Positions 24,771 through 38,100 of a DNA stretch of 64,000 nucleotides are shown piece after piece; position 1 is the first letter of the stretch; each line of letters opens with the position of its first letter. Source of the DNA: Camelus dromedarius (lineage: Eukaryota); assembly GCF_036321535.1 (NCBI RefSeq), contig NC_087436.1, positions 1,984,001 to 2,048,000 of the forward strand, read 5' to 3'. A program made the position numbers and the translations under genes. Under the pieces are notes generated by a model. That model made no database searches and had not been told where the DNA came from. It worked only from the letters and a program-made list of their open reading frames with translations.

Positions 24771-27700
24771 CACCTAGCAAAAATTGAACGAGTTGCAGTA
24801 GTAACTTTTACTCTGGCTTCTCAGTCTGTTTCCTAGTGCCATTTTGAAGATCTTGCAGTTTTCACTGTAATACCGAGTTGGAGCTAGTACCTCCCCATAA
24901 ATATGTGTGGACTGGATTTTGCAACTGAAAAGAAACTTTGTGTTCCCAACAAGCTAGTTGAAGTACGGCTTTCACACACATTTATCTCTCAGAACTGAGC
25001 ATGTGGAGAGTCGTTCTTTCATCTAACACAAAGGGAACGGGTTTCAGGAGAAACATTTACTCTGGTTTCTCAGTCTGTTTCCTAGTGCCGGTTTGAAGTT
25101 CCTGAAGTTTTCACTGTAAAACCGAGTTGGTGCTGGTACCTACCCATATATATGTATGGAATGGAGTTTGCAACTGAAAAGAAACTTTGTGTTCCCAACA
25201 AGCTAGGTGAAGGACGGCATTCACACACACTTATCTCTCAGAACTGAGCATGTGGAGAGACGTTCGTTCATCAAGCACAAAGGGAACGGTTTGCAGGAGA
25301 AAATTTTACTCTGTTTCTCAGTCTGTTTCCTAGTACCGGTTTGACGTTCCTGCAGTTTTCATTGTAAAACCGAGCTGGAGCTAGTACCTCCCAATTTATA
25401 TGTATGGAGTGGAGTTTGCAACTGAAAATAAACATGTGTTCCCAACAAGCTAGTTGAAGGACGGCTTTCACACACACTTATTTCTCAGAAATGAGCATGT
25501 GGAGAGACGTTCGTTCATCAAGCACAAAGGGAACGGGTTGCAGGAGAAACTTTTACTCTGTTTCTCAGTCTGTTTCCTAGTGCCGGTTTGAAGTTCCTGC
25601 AGTTTTCACTGTAAAACCGAGTTGGAGCTAGTACCTCCCCATATATAAGTATGGAGTGGAGTTTGCAACTGAAAAGTAAATTTGTGTTCCCAACAAGCTA
25701 GGTGAAGGACGGCTTTCACACACACTTATCTCTCAGAAATGAGCATGTGGAGAGACGTTCGTTCATCTAGCACAAAGGGAACGGGTAGCAGGTTAAACTT
25801 TTACTCTGGTTTCTCAGTCTGTTTCCTAGTGCCGGTTTGAAGTTCCTGCAGTTTTCACTGTAAAACCGTGTTGGAGCTTGTACCTACCCATATATATTTA
25901 TGGAGAGGAGTTTACAACTGAAAAGAAACTTTGTGTTCCCAACAAGCTAGGTGAAGTGCGGTTTCACACCCAATTATCTCTCAGAACTGTGCATGTGGAG
26001 AGTCATTCGTTCATCTAGCACAAAGTGAAAGGGTTGCAGGAGAAACTTTTTCTATGGTTTCTCAGTCTGTTTCCTAGTGCCGGTTTGAAGTTCCTGCAGT
26101 TTTCAGTGTAAAACCGAGTTGGGGCTAGAACCTACCCTTATATATGTATGGAATGGAGTTTGCATCTGAAAAGAAACTTTGTGTTCCCAACAAGGTAGTT
26201 GAAGACGGCTTTCACACACACTTTTCTCTCAGAACTGAGCATGTGGAGAGAGGTTCGTTCATCTAGCACAAAGGGAACGGGTTGCAGGAGAAAGTTATTC
26301 TCTGGTTTCTCAGTCTGTTTCCTAGTGCCGGTTTGAATTTCCTGCATTTTTCACTGTAAAACAGAGTTTGGGCTTGTACCTCCCCATATATATATATGGA
26401 GTGGAGTTTGCAACTGAAAAGAAACTTTGTGTTCCCAACAAGCTATGTGAAGGACGGCTTTCACACACACTTATCTCTCAGAACTGAGCATGTGGAGAGA
26501 CGTTCGTTCACCTACCAAAAATGGAACGAGTTGCAGTAGTAACTTTTACTCTGGTTTCTCAGTCTTTTTCCTAGTTTCGGTTTGAAATTCTTGCAGTTTT
26601 CACTGTAATACCGAGTTGGAGCTAGAACCTCCCCATAAATATGAGTGGAGTGGATTTTGCAACTGAAAGAATCTTTGTGTTCCCAACAAGCTAGGTGAAG
26701 GACGGCTTTCACACACACTTATCTCTCAGAACTGATCATGTGGAGAGTCGTTCGTTCATCTAGCACAAAGGTAACGGGTTTCAGGAGAAACATTTACTCT
26801 GGTTTCTCAGTCTGTTTCCTAGTGCCGGTTTGAAGTACCTGCAGTTTTCACTGTAAAACCGAGTTGGAGCTAGTACCTCCCCAAATATATGTATGGAGTG
26901 GAGTTTGCTTCTGAAAAAAAATTTTGTGTTCCCCACAAGCTAGGTGAAGGACGGCTTTCACACACACTTATCTCTCAGAACTGAGCATGTGGAGAGACGT
27001 TCTTTCATCTAGCACCAAGGGAACGGGTTGCAGGGGAAACTTTTACTCTGGTTTCTCAGTCTGTTGCATAGTGCCGGTTTGAAATTCCTGCAGTATTCTC
27101 TGTAAAACAGAGTTGGAGCTAGTACCTCCCCATATATATGTATGGAGTGGAATTTGCAACTGAAAAGAAACTTTGTGTTCCCAACAAGCTAGTTGAAGTA
27201 CGGCTTTCACACACACTTATCTCTCAGAAATGAGCATGTGGAGAGACTTTCGTTCATCTAGCAAAAAGGGAACGGGTTGCAGGAGAAACTTTTACTCTGG
27301 TTTCTCAGTCTGTTTCCTAGTGCCGGTATGAAGTTCCTACAGTTTTCACTGTAAAACCGAGTTGGAGCTAGTACCTCCCCATATATATGTATGGAGTGGG
27401 CTTTGCAACTGAAAAGAAATTTTGTGTTCCCAAAAAGCTAGGTGAAGGACGGCTTTCACACACAATTATCTCTCAGAACTGAGCATGTGGAGAGACGTTC
27501 GTTCACCTAGCAAAAATTGAACGAGTTGCAGTAGTAACTTTTACTCTCGCTTCTCAGTCTGTTTCCTAGTGCCATTTTGAAGATCTTGCAGTTTTCACTG
27601 TAATACCGAGTTGGAGCTAGTACCTCCCCATAAATATGTGTGGACTGGATTTTGCAACTGAAAAGAAACTTTGTGTTCCCAACAAGCTAGTTGAAGTACG

Positions 27701-29101
27701 GCTTTCACACAAATTTATCTCTCAGAACTGAGCATGTGGAGAGACGTTCGTTCATCAAGCACAAAGGGAACGGGTTGCAGGAGAAACTTTTACTCTGTTT
27801 CTCAGTCTGTTTCCTAGTGCCGGTTTGAAGTTCCTGCAGTTTTCACTGTAAAACCGAGTTGGAGCTAGTACCTCTCCATATATATGTATGGAGTGGAGTT
27901 TGCAACTGAAAAGTAAATTTGTGTTCCCAACAAGCTAGGTGAAGGACGGCTTTCACACACACTTATCTCTCAGAAATGAGCATGTGGAGAGACGTTTGTT
28001 CATCTAGCACAAATGGAACGGGTTGTAGGTTAAACTTTTACTCTGGTTTCTCAGTCTGTTTCCTAGTTCCGGTTTAAAGTTCCTGCAGTTTTCACTGTAA
28101 AACCGTGTTGGAGCTTGTACCTACCCATATATATTTATGGAGAGGAGTTTACAACTGAAAAGAAAATTTGTGTTCCCAACAAGCTAGGTGAAGTGCGGTT
28201 TCACACCCAATTATCTCTCAGAACTGAGCATGTGGAGAGTCATTCGTTCATCTAGCACAAAGTGAAAGGGTTGCAGGAGAAACTTTTACTATGGATTCTC
28301 AGTCTGTTTACTAGTGCCGGTTTGAAGTTCCTGCAGTTTTCATTGTAAAACCGAGTTGGGGCTAGTACCTACCCTTATATATGTATGGAATGGAGATTGC
28401 ATCTGAAAAGAAACTTTGTGTTCCCAACAAGTTCTTTGAAGACGGCTTTCACACACACTTATCTCTCAGAACTGAGCATGTGGAGAGAGGTTCGTTCATC
28501 TAGCACAAAGGGAACGGGTTGCAGGAGAAAGTTATTCTCTGGTTTCTCAGTCTGTTTCCTAGTGCCGGTTTGAATTTCCTGCAGTTTTTACTGTAAAACA
28601 GAGTTTGGGCTTGTACCTCCCCATATATATATATGGAGTGGAGTTTGCAACTGAAAAGAAACTTTGTGTTCCCAACAAGCTATGTGAAGGACGGCTTTCA
28701 CACACAATTATCTCTCAGAACTGAGCATGTGGAGAGACGTTCGTTCACCTAGCAAAAATGGAACGAGTTGCAGGAGTAACTATTACTCTGGTTTCTCAGT
28801 CTGTTTCCTAGTGCCATTTTGAAGTTCTTGCAGTTTTCACTGTAATACCGAGTTGGAGCTAGTACCTCCCCATAAATATGTGTGGAGTGGAATTTGCAAC
28901 TGAAAAGAATCTTTGTGTTCCCAACAAGCTAGGTGAAGGACGGCTTTCACACACAATTATCTCTCAGAACTGAGCATGTGGAGAGTCGTTCGTTCATCTA
29001 GCACAAAGGGAACGGGTTTCAGGAGAAACATTTACTCTGGTTTCTCAGTCTGTTTCCTATTGCCGGTTTGAAGTTAATGAAGATTTCACTGTAAAACCGA
29101 T

Positions 29102-32100
29102 TTGGAGCTAGTACCTCCCCATATATATGTATGGAATGGTGTTCGCAACTGAAAAGAAACATGTGTTCCCAACAAGCTAGTTGAAGGACGGCTTTCACAC
29201 ACACTTATCTCTCAGAAATGAGCATGTGGAGAGACGTTCGTTCATCAAGCACAAAGGGAACGGGTTGCAAGAGAAACTTTTACTCTGTTTCTCAGTCTGT
29301 TTCCTAGTGCCGGTTTGATGTTCCTGCAGTTTTCACTGTAAAACCGATTTGGAGCTAGTACCTCCCCATATATATGTATGGAGTGGAGATGGCAACTGAA
29401 AAGAAACTTTGTGTTCCCAACAAGCTAGGTGAAGGACGGCTTTCAGACACAATTATCTCTCAGAATTGAGCATGTGGAGAGTCATTCGTTCATCTAGCAC
29501 AAAAGGAACGGTTTGCAGGAGAAACTTTTACTCTGGATTCTCAGTCTGTTTCCTAATGCCGGTTTGAAGTTCCTGCAGTTTTCACTGTAAAACCGAGTTG
29601 GAGCTAGTACCAACCCATATATATGTATGGAGTGGAGTTTGCAACTGAAAAGAAACTTTGTGTTCCCAACAAGCTAGGTGAAGGACGGCTTTCACACACA
29701 CTTATCTCTCAGAAATGAGCATGTGGAGACACGTTCGTTCATCTAGCAAAAAGGGAACAGGTTGCAGGAGAAACTCTTACTCTGGTTTCTCAGTCTGTTT
29801 CCTAGTGCCAGTTTGAAGTTCCTGCAGTTTTCACTGTAAAACCGATTTGGAGCTAGTACCTCCCCATATATATGTATGGAGTGGAGTTTGCAACTGAAAA
29901 GAAACTTTGTGTTACCAAGAAGCTAGGTGAAGGACGGCTTTCACACACAATTATCTCTCAGAACTGAGCATGTGGAGAGACGTTCGTTCATCAAGCACAA
30001 AAGAAACGGGCTGCAGGAGAACTTTTACTCTGTTTCTCAGTCTGTTTCCTAGTGCCGGTTTGAAGTTCCTGCAGTTTTCACTGTAAAACCGAGTTGGGGC
30101 TAGTACCTCCCCATATATATGTATGGAGTGGGCTTTGCAACTGAAAAGAAATTTTGTGTTCCCAAAAAGCTAGGTGAAGGACGGCTTTCACACACAATTA
30201 TCTCTCAGAACTGAGCATGTGGAGAGACGTTCGTTCACCTAGCAAAAATTGAACGAGTTGCGGTAGTAACTTTTACTCTGGCTTCTCAGTCTGTTTCCTA
30301 GTGCCATTTTGAAGATCTTGCAGTTTTCACTTTAATACCGAGTTGGAGCTAGTACCTCCCCATAAATATGTGTGGACTGGATTTTGCAACTGAAAAGAAA
30401 CTTTGTGTTCCCAACAAGCTAGGTGAAGGACGGCTTTCACACTCACTTATCTCTCAGAACTGAGCATGTGGAGAGACGTTCGTTTGTAAAGCACAAAGGG
30501 AACGGGTTGCAGGAGAAACTTTTACTCTGTTTCTCAGTCTGTTTCCTAGTGCTGGTTTGAAGTTCCTGCAGTTTTCACTGTAAAACCGAGTTGGAGCTAG
30601 TACCTCCCCATATATATGTATGGAGTGGAGTTTGCAACTGAAAAGAAACTTTGTGTTCCGAACAAGCTAGGTGAAGGACGGCTTTCACACACACTTATCT
30701 CTCAGAAATGAGCATGTGGAGAGTCGTTCGTTCATCTAGCTCAAAGGGAACGGGTTGCAGGATAAACTTTTAATCTGGTTTCTCAGTCTGTTTCCTAGTG
30801 CCGGTTTGAAGTTCCTGCAGTTTTCACTGTAAAACCGTGTTGGAGCTAGTACATCCCCATATATATTTATGGAGAGGAGTTTGCAACTGAAAAGAAACTT
30901 TGTGTTCCCAACAAGATAGGTGAAGTGCGGCTTTCACACCCAATTATCTCTCAGATCTGAGCATGTGGAGAGTCATTCTTTCATCTAGCACAAATGGAAA
31001 GGTTTGCAGGAGAAACTTTTACTCTGGTTTCTCAGTCTGTTTCCTAGTGCCGGTTTGAAGTTCCTGCAGTTTTCACTGTAAAACCGAGTTGGAGCTAGTA
31101 CCTCCCCATATATATGTATGGAGTGGAGTTTGCAACTGAAAAGAAACTTTGTGTTCCCAACAAGCTAGGTGAAGGACGGCTTTTACACACAATTACTCTC
31201 AGAACTGAGCATGTGGAGAGACGTTCGTTCATAAAGCACAAAGGGAACGGGATGCAGGAGAAACTTTTAGTCTGCTTCTCAGTCTGTTTCCTAGTGCCGT
31301 TTTGAAGTTCCTGCAGTTTTCATTGTAAAACCGAGTTGGAGCTAGTACCTCCCCATATATATGTATGGAATGGAGTTTGCAACTGAAAAGTAACATTGTG
31401 TTCCCAACAAGCTAGGTGAAGGACGGCTTTCACACACAATTATCTCTCAGATCTGAGCATGTGGAGAGACGTTCGTTCATCTAGCACTAAGGGAACGGGT
31501 TGCAGTAGAAACTTTTACTATGTTTCTCAGTCTGTTTCCTAGTGCTGGTTTGAAGTTCCTGCAGTTTTCACTGTAAAACCGAGTTGGAGCTTTTACCTCC
31601 CCATATATATGTATGGAGTGGATTTTGCAATTGAAAAGAAACTTTGTGTTCCCAACAAGCAAGGTGAAGGACGGCTTTCCCACACACTTATCTCTCAGTA
31701 ATGAGCATGTGGAGAGACGTTCGTTTATAAAGCACAAAGGGAACGGGTTGCAGGAGAAAGTTTTACTCTGGTTTCTCAGTCTGTTTCCTAGTGCCGGTTC
31801 GAAGTTCCTGCAGTTTTCACTGTATAATCGTTGGAGCTAGTACCTCCCCATATATACGTATGGAGTGGAGTTTGCATCTGAAAAGAAAATTTGTGTTCCC
31901 AAGGAGCTAGGTGAAGGACGGCTTTCACCCACACTTATCTCTCAGAATTGAGCATGTGGAGAGATGTTCGTTCACCTAGCAAAAAGGGAACGAGTTGCAG
32001 GAGTAACTTTTACTCTGGTTTCTCAGTCTGTTTCCTAATGCCGGTTTGAAGTTCCTGCAGTTTTCACTGTAAAACCGAGTTGGGGCTAGTACCTACCCAT

Positions 32101-35100
32101 ATATATATATGGAGTGGAGTTTGCATCTGAAAAAAACTTTGTGTTCCCAACAAGCTAGGTGAAGATCGGCTTTCACACACATTTACCTCTCAGAACTGAG
32201 CATGTGGAGAGACGTTCGTTCATCTAGCACAATTGGAACGGGTTGCAGGAGAAACTTTTACTCTGGTTTCTCAATCTGTTTCCTAGTGCCGGTTTGATGT
32301 TCCTGCAGTTTTCACTGTAAAACCGAGTGGGGCTAGTACCTCCCCATATATATGTATGGAGTGGAGTTTGCAACTGAAAAGAAACTTTGTGTTCCCAACA
32401 AGCTAGGTGAAGGACGGCTTTTACACACAATTACTCTCAGAACTGAGCATGTGGAGAGACGTTCGTTCATAAAGCACAAAGGGAACGGGATGCAGGAGAA
32501 ACTTTTAGTCTGCTTCTCAGTCTGTTTCCTAGTGCCGTTTTGAAGTTCCTGCAGTTTTCATTGTAAAACCGAGTTGGAGCTAGTACCTCCCCATATATGT
32601 GTATGGAGTGGAGTTTGCAACTGAAAAGAAACTTTGTGTTCCCAAAAAGCTCGGTGAAGGACGGCTTTCACACACAATTATCTCTCAGAACTGAGCATGT
32701 GGAGAGACGTTCGTTCATCTAGCACAAAGGGAACGGGTTGCAGGAGAAACTTTTACTCTGGTTTCTCAGTCTGTTTCCTAGTGCCGGTTTGAAGTTCCTG
32801 CAGTTTTCACTGTAAAACCGAGTTGGGGCTAGTACCTCCCCATATATATGTATGGAGTGGAGTTTGCAACTGAAAAGAAACTTTGTGTTCCCAACAAGCT
32901 AGGTGAAGGACGGCTTTCACACACACATATCTCTCTGAACTGAGCATGTGGAGAGACGTTCGTTCATAAATCACAAAAGGAACGGGTTGCAGGAGAAACT
33001 TTTACTCTGGTTTCTCAGTCTGTTTCCTAGTGCCGGTTTGAAGTTCCTGCATTTTTCTCTGTAAAACCGAGTTGGAACTTGTACCTCCCCATATATATGT
33101 ATGGAGTGGAGTTTGCAACTGAAAAGAAACTTTGTGTTCCAAACAAGCTAGGTGAAGGACGTCTTTCACACACACTTATCTCTCAGAAATGAGCATGTGG
33201 AGAGACGTTCGTTCATCTAGCACAAAGGGAACGGGTTTCAGGAGAAACTTTTACTCTGGTTTCTCAGTCTGTTTCCTAGTGCCGGTTTGAAGTTCCTGCA
33301 GTTTTCACTGTAAAACCGAGTTGGAGCTAGTACCTCCCAATATATATTTATGGAGTGGAGTTTGCAACTGAAAAGAAACTTTGTGTTCCAAAAAAGCTAG
33401 GTGAAGGACGGCTTTCACACACACTTATCTCTCAGAACTGAGCATGTGGAGAGACGTTCGTTCACCTAGGAAAAAGGGAACGAGTTGCAGGTGTAACTTT
33501 TACTCTGGTTTCTCAGTATGTTTCCTAGTGCCATTTGGAAGTTCTTGCAGTTTTCACTGTAATACCGAGTTGGAGCTAGTACTTCCCATAAATATGTGTG
33601 AAATGGATTTTGCAACTGAAAAGAAACTTTGTGTTCCCAACAAGCTAGGTGAAGGACGGCTTTCACACACACTTATCTCTCAGAACTGAGCATGTGGAGA
33701 GACGTTCGTTTATAAAGCACAAAGGGAACGGGTTGCAGGAGAAACTTTTACTCTGTTTCTCAGTCTGTTTCCTAGTGCCGGTTTGAAGTTCCTGCAGTTT
33801 TCACTGTAAAACCGAGTTGGAGCTAGTACCTCCCCATATATATGTATGGAGTGGAGTTTGCAACTGAAAAGAAACTTTGTGTTCCCAACAAGCTATGAGA
33901 AGGACGGCTTTTACACACAATTACACTCAGAACTGAGCATGTGGAGAGACGTTCGTTCATAAAGCACAAAGGGAACGGGATGCAGGAGAAACTTATAGTC
34001 TGCTTCTCAGTCTGTTTCCTAGTGCCGTTTTGAAGTTCCTGCAGTTTTCATTGTAAAACCGAGTTGGAGCTAGTACCTCCCCATATATATGTATGGAATG
34101 GTGTTCGCAACTGAAAAGAAACATGTGTTCCCAACAAGCTAGTTGAAGGACGGCTTTCACACACACTTATCTCTCAGAAATGAGCATGTGGAGAGACGTT
34201 CGTTCATCAAGCACAAAGGGAACGGGTTGCAAGAGAAACTTTTACTCTGTTTCTCAGTCTGTTTCCTAGTGCCGGTTTGATGTTCCTGCAGTTTTCACTG
34301 TAAAACCGATTTGGAGCTAGTACCTCCCCATATATATGTATGGAGTGGAGATGGCAACTGAAAAGAAACTTTGTGTTCCCAACAAGCTAGGTGAAGGACG
34401 GCTTTCAGACACAATTATCTCTCAGAATTGAGCATGTGGAGAGTCATTCGTTCATCTAGCACAAAAGGAACGGTTTGCAGGAGAAACTTTTACTCTGGAT
34501 TCTCAGTCTGTTTCCTAATGCCGGTTTGAAGTTCCTGCAGTTTTCACTGTAAAACCGAGTTGGAGCTAGTACCAACCCATATATATGTATGGAGTGGAGT
34601 TTGCAACTGAAAAGAAACTTTGTGTTCCCAACAAGCTAGGTGAAGGACGGCTTTCACACACACTTATCTCTCAGAAATGAGCATGTGGAGACACGTTCGT
34701 TCATCTAGCAAAAAGGGAACAGGTTGCAGGAGAAACTCTTACTCTGGTTTCTCAGTCTGTTTCCTAGTGCCAGTTTGAAGTTCCTGCAGTTTTCACTGTA
34801 AAACCGATTTGGAGCTAGTACCTCCCCATATATATGTATGGAGTGGAGTTTGCAACTGAAAAGAAACTTTGTGTTACCAAGAAGCTAGGTGAAGGACGGC
34901 TTTCACACACAATTATCTCTCAGAACTGAGCATGTGGAGAGACGTTCGTTCATCAAGCACAAAAGAAACGGGCTGCAGGAGAACTTTTACTCTGTTTCTC
35001 AGTCTGTTTCCTAGTGCCGGTTTGAAGTTCCTGCAGTTTTCACTGTAAAACCGAGTTGGGGCTAGTACCTCCCCATATATATGTATGGAGTGGGCTTTGC

Positions 35101-38100
35101 AACTGAAAAGAAATTTTGTGTTCCCAAAAAGCTAGGTGAAGGACGGCTTTCACACACAATTATCTCTCAGAACTGAGCATGTGGAGAGACGTTCGTTCAC
35201 CTAGCAAAAATTGAACGAGTTGCAGTAGTAACTTTTACTCTGGCTTCTCAGTCTGTTTCCTAGTGCCATTTTGAAGATCTTGCAGTTTTCACTTTAATAC
35301 CGAGTTGGAGCTAGTACCTCCCCATAAATATGTGTGGACTGGATTTTGCAACTGAAAAGAAACTTTGTGTTCCCAACAAGCTAGGTGAAGGACGGCTTTC
35401 ACACTCACTTATCTCTCAGAACTGAGCATGTGGAGAGACGTTCGTTTGTAAAGCACAAAGGGAACGGGTTGCAGGAGAAACTTTTACTCTGTTTCTCAGT
35501 CTGTTTCCTAGTGCTGGTTTGAAGTTCCTGCAGTTTTCACTGTAAAACCGAGTTGGAGCTAGTACCTCCCCATATATATGTATGGAGTGGAGTTTGCAAC
35601 TGAAAAGAAACTTTGTGTTCCGAACAAGCTAGGTGAAGGACGGCTTTCACACACACTTATCTCTCAGAAATGAGCATGTGGAGAGTCGTTCGTTCATCTA
35701 GCTCAAAGGGAACGGGTTGCAGGATAAACTTTTAATCTGGTTTCTCAGTCTGTTTCCTAGTGCCGGTTTGAAGTTCCTGCAGTTTTCACTGTAAAACCGT
35801 GTTGGAGCTAGTACATCCCCATATATATTTATGGAGAGGAGTTTGCAACTGAAAAGAAACTTTGTGTTCCCAACAAGATAGGTGAAGTGCGGCTTTCACA
35901 CCCAATTATCTCTCAGATCTGAGCATGTGGAGAGTCATTCTTTCATCTAGCACAAATGGAAAGGTTTGCAGGAGAAACTTTTACTCTGGTTTCTCAGTCT
36001 GTTTCCTAGTGCCGGTTTGAAGTTCCTGCAGTTTTCACTGTAAAACCGAGTTGGAGCTAGTACCTCCCCATATATATGTATGGAGTGGAGTTTGCAACTG
36101 AAAAGAAACTTTGTGTTCCCAACAAGCTAGGTGAAGGACGGCTTTTACACACAATTACTCTCAGAACTGAGCATGTGGAGAGACGTTCGTTCATAAAGCA
36201 CAAAGGGAACGGGATGCAGGAGAAACTTTTAGTCTGCTTCTCAGTCTGTTTCCTAGTGCCGTTTTGAAGTTCCTGCAGTTTTCATTGTAAAACCGAGTTG
36301 GAGCTAGTACCTCCCCATATATATGTATGGAATGGAGTTTGCAACTGAAAAGTAACATTGTGTTCCCAACAAGCTAGGTGAAGGACGGCTTTCACACACA
36401 ATTATCTCTCAGATCTGAGCATGTGGAGAGACGTTCGTTCATCTAGCACTAAGGGAACGGGTTGCAGTAGAAACTTTTACTATGTTTCTCAGTCTGTTTC
36501 CTAGTGCTGGTTTGAAGTTCCTGCAGTTTTCACTGTAAAACCGAGTTGGAGCTTTTACCTCCCCATATATATGTATGGAGTGGATTTTGCAATTGAAAAG
36601 AAACTTTGTGTTCCCAACAAGCAAGGTGAAGGACGGCTTTCCCACACACTTATCTCTCAGTAATGAGCATGTGGAGAGACGTTCGTTTATAAAGCACAAA
36701 GGGAACGGGTTGCAGGAGAAAGTTTTACTCTGGTTTCTCAGTCTGTTTCCTAGTGCCGGTTCGAAGTTCCTGCAGTTTTCACTGTATAATCGTTGGAGCT
36801 AGTACCTCCCCATATATACGTATGGAGTGGAGTTTGCATCTGAAAAGAAAATTTGTGTTCCCAAGGAGCTAGGTGAAGGACGGCTTTCACCCACACTTAT
36901 CTCTCAGAATTGAGCATGTGGAGAGATGTTCGTTCACCTAGCAAAAAGGGAACGAGTTGCAGGAGTAACTTTTACTCTGGTTTCTCAGTCTGTTTCCTAA
37001 TGCCGGTTTGAAGTTCCTGCAGTTTTCACTGTAAAACCGAGTTGGGGCTAGTACCTACCCATATATATATATGGAGTGGAGTTTGCATCTGAAAAAAACT
37101 TTGTGTTCCCAACAAGCTAGGTGAAGATCGGCTTTCACACACATTTACCTCTCAGAACTGAGCATGTGGAGAGACGTTCGTTCATCTAGCACAATTGGAA
37201 CGGGTTGCAGGAGAAACTTTTACTCTGGTTTCTCAATCTGTTTCCTAGTGCCGGTTTGATGTTCCTGCAGTTTTCACTGTAAAACCGAGTGGGGCTAGTA
37301 CCTCCCCATATATATGTATGGAGTGGAGTTTGCAACTGAAAAGAAACTTTGTGTTCCCAACAAGCTAGGTGAAGGACGGCTTTTACACACAATTACTCTC
37401 AGAACTGAGCATGTGGAGAGACGTTCGTTCATAAAGCACAAAGGGAACGGGATGCAGGAGAAACTTTTAGTCTGCTTCTCAGTCTGTTTCCTAGTGCCGT
37501 TTTGAAGTTCCTGCAGTTTTCATTGTAAAACCGAGTTGGAGCTAGTACCTCCCCATATATGTGTATGGAGTGGAGTTTGCAACTGAAAAGAAACTTTGTG
37601 TTCCCAAAAAGCTCGGTGAAGGACGGCTTTCACACACAATTATCTCTCAGAACTGAGCATGTGGAGAGACGTTCGTTCATCTAGCACAAAGGGAACGGGT
37701 TGCAGGAGAAACTTTTACTCTGGTTTCTCAGTCTGTTTCCTAGTGCCGGTTTGAAGTTCCTGCAGTTTTCACTGTAAAACCGAGTTGGGGCTAGTACCTC
37801 CCCATATATATGTATGGAGTGGAGTTTGCAACTGAAAAGAAACTTTGTGTTCCCAACAAGCTAGGTGAAGGACGGCTTTCACACACACATATCTCTCTGA
37901 ACTGAGCATGTGGAGAGACGTTCGTTCATAAATCACAAAAGGAACGGGTTGCAGGAGAAACTTTTACTCTGGTTTCTCAGTCTGTTTCCTAGTGCCGGTT
38001 TGAAGTTCCTGCATTTTTCTCTGTAAAACCGAGTTGGAACTTGTACCTCCCCATATATATGTATGGAGTGGAGTTTGCAACTGAAAAGAAACTTTGTGTT

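Noticed and set aside
32709..32738. CENP-B box suggested by TTCG...CGGG
   Set aside because: The box requires TTCG-N4-A-N2-CGGG (7 nt between the blocks). Here the gap is 20 nt, and I found no match on the reverse strand.
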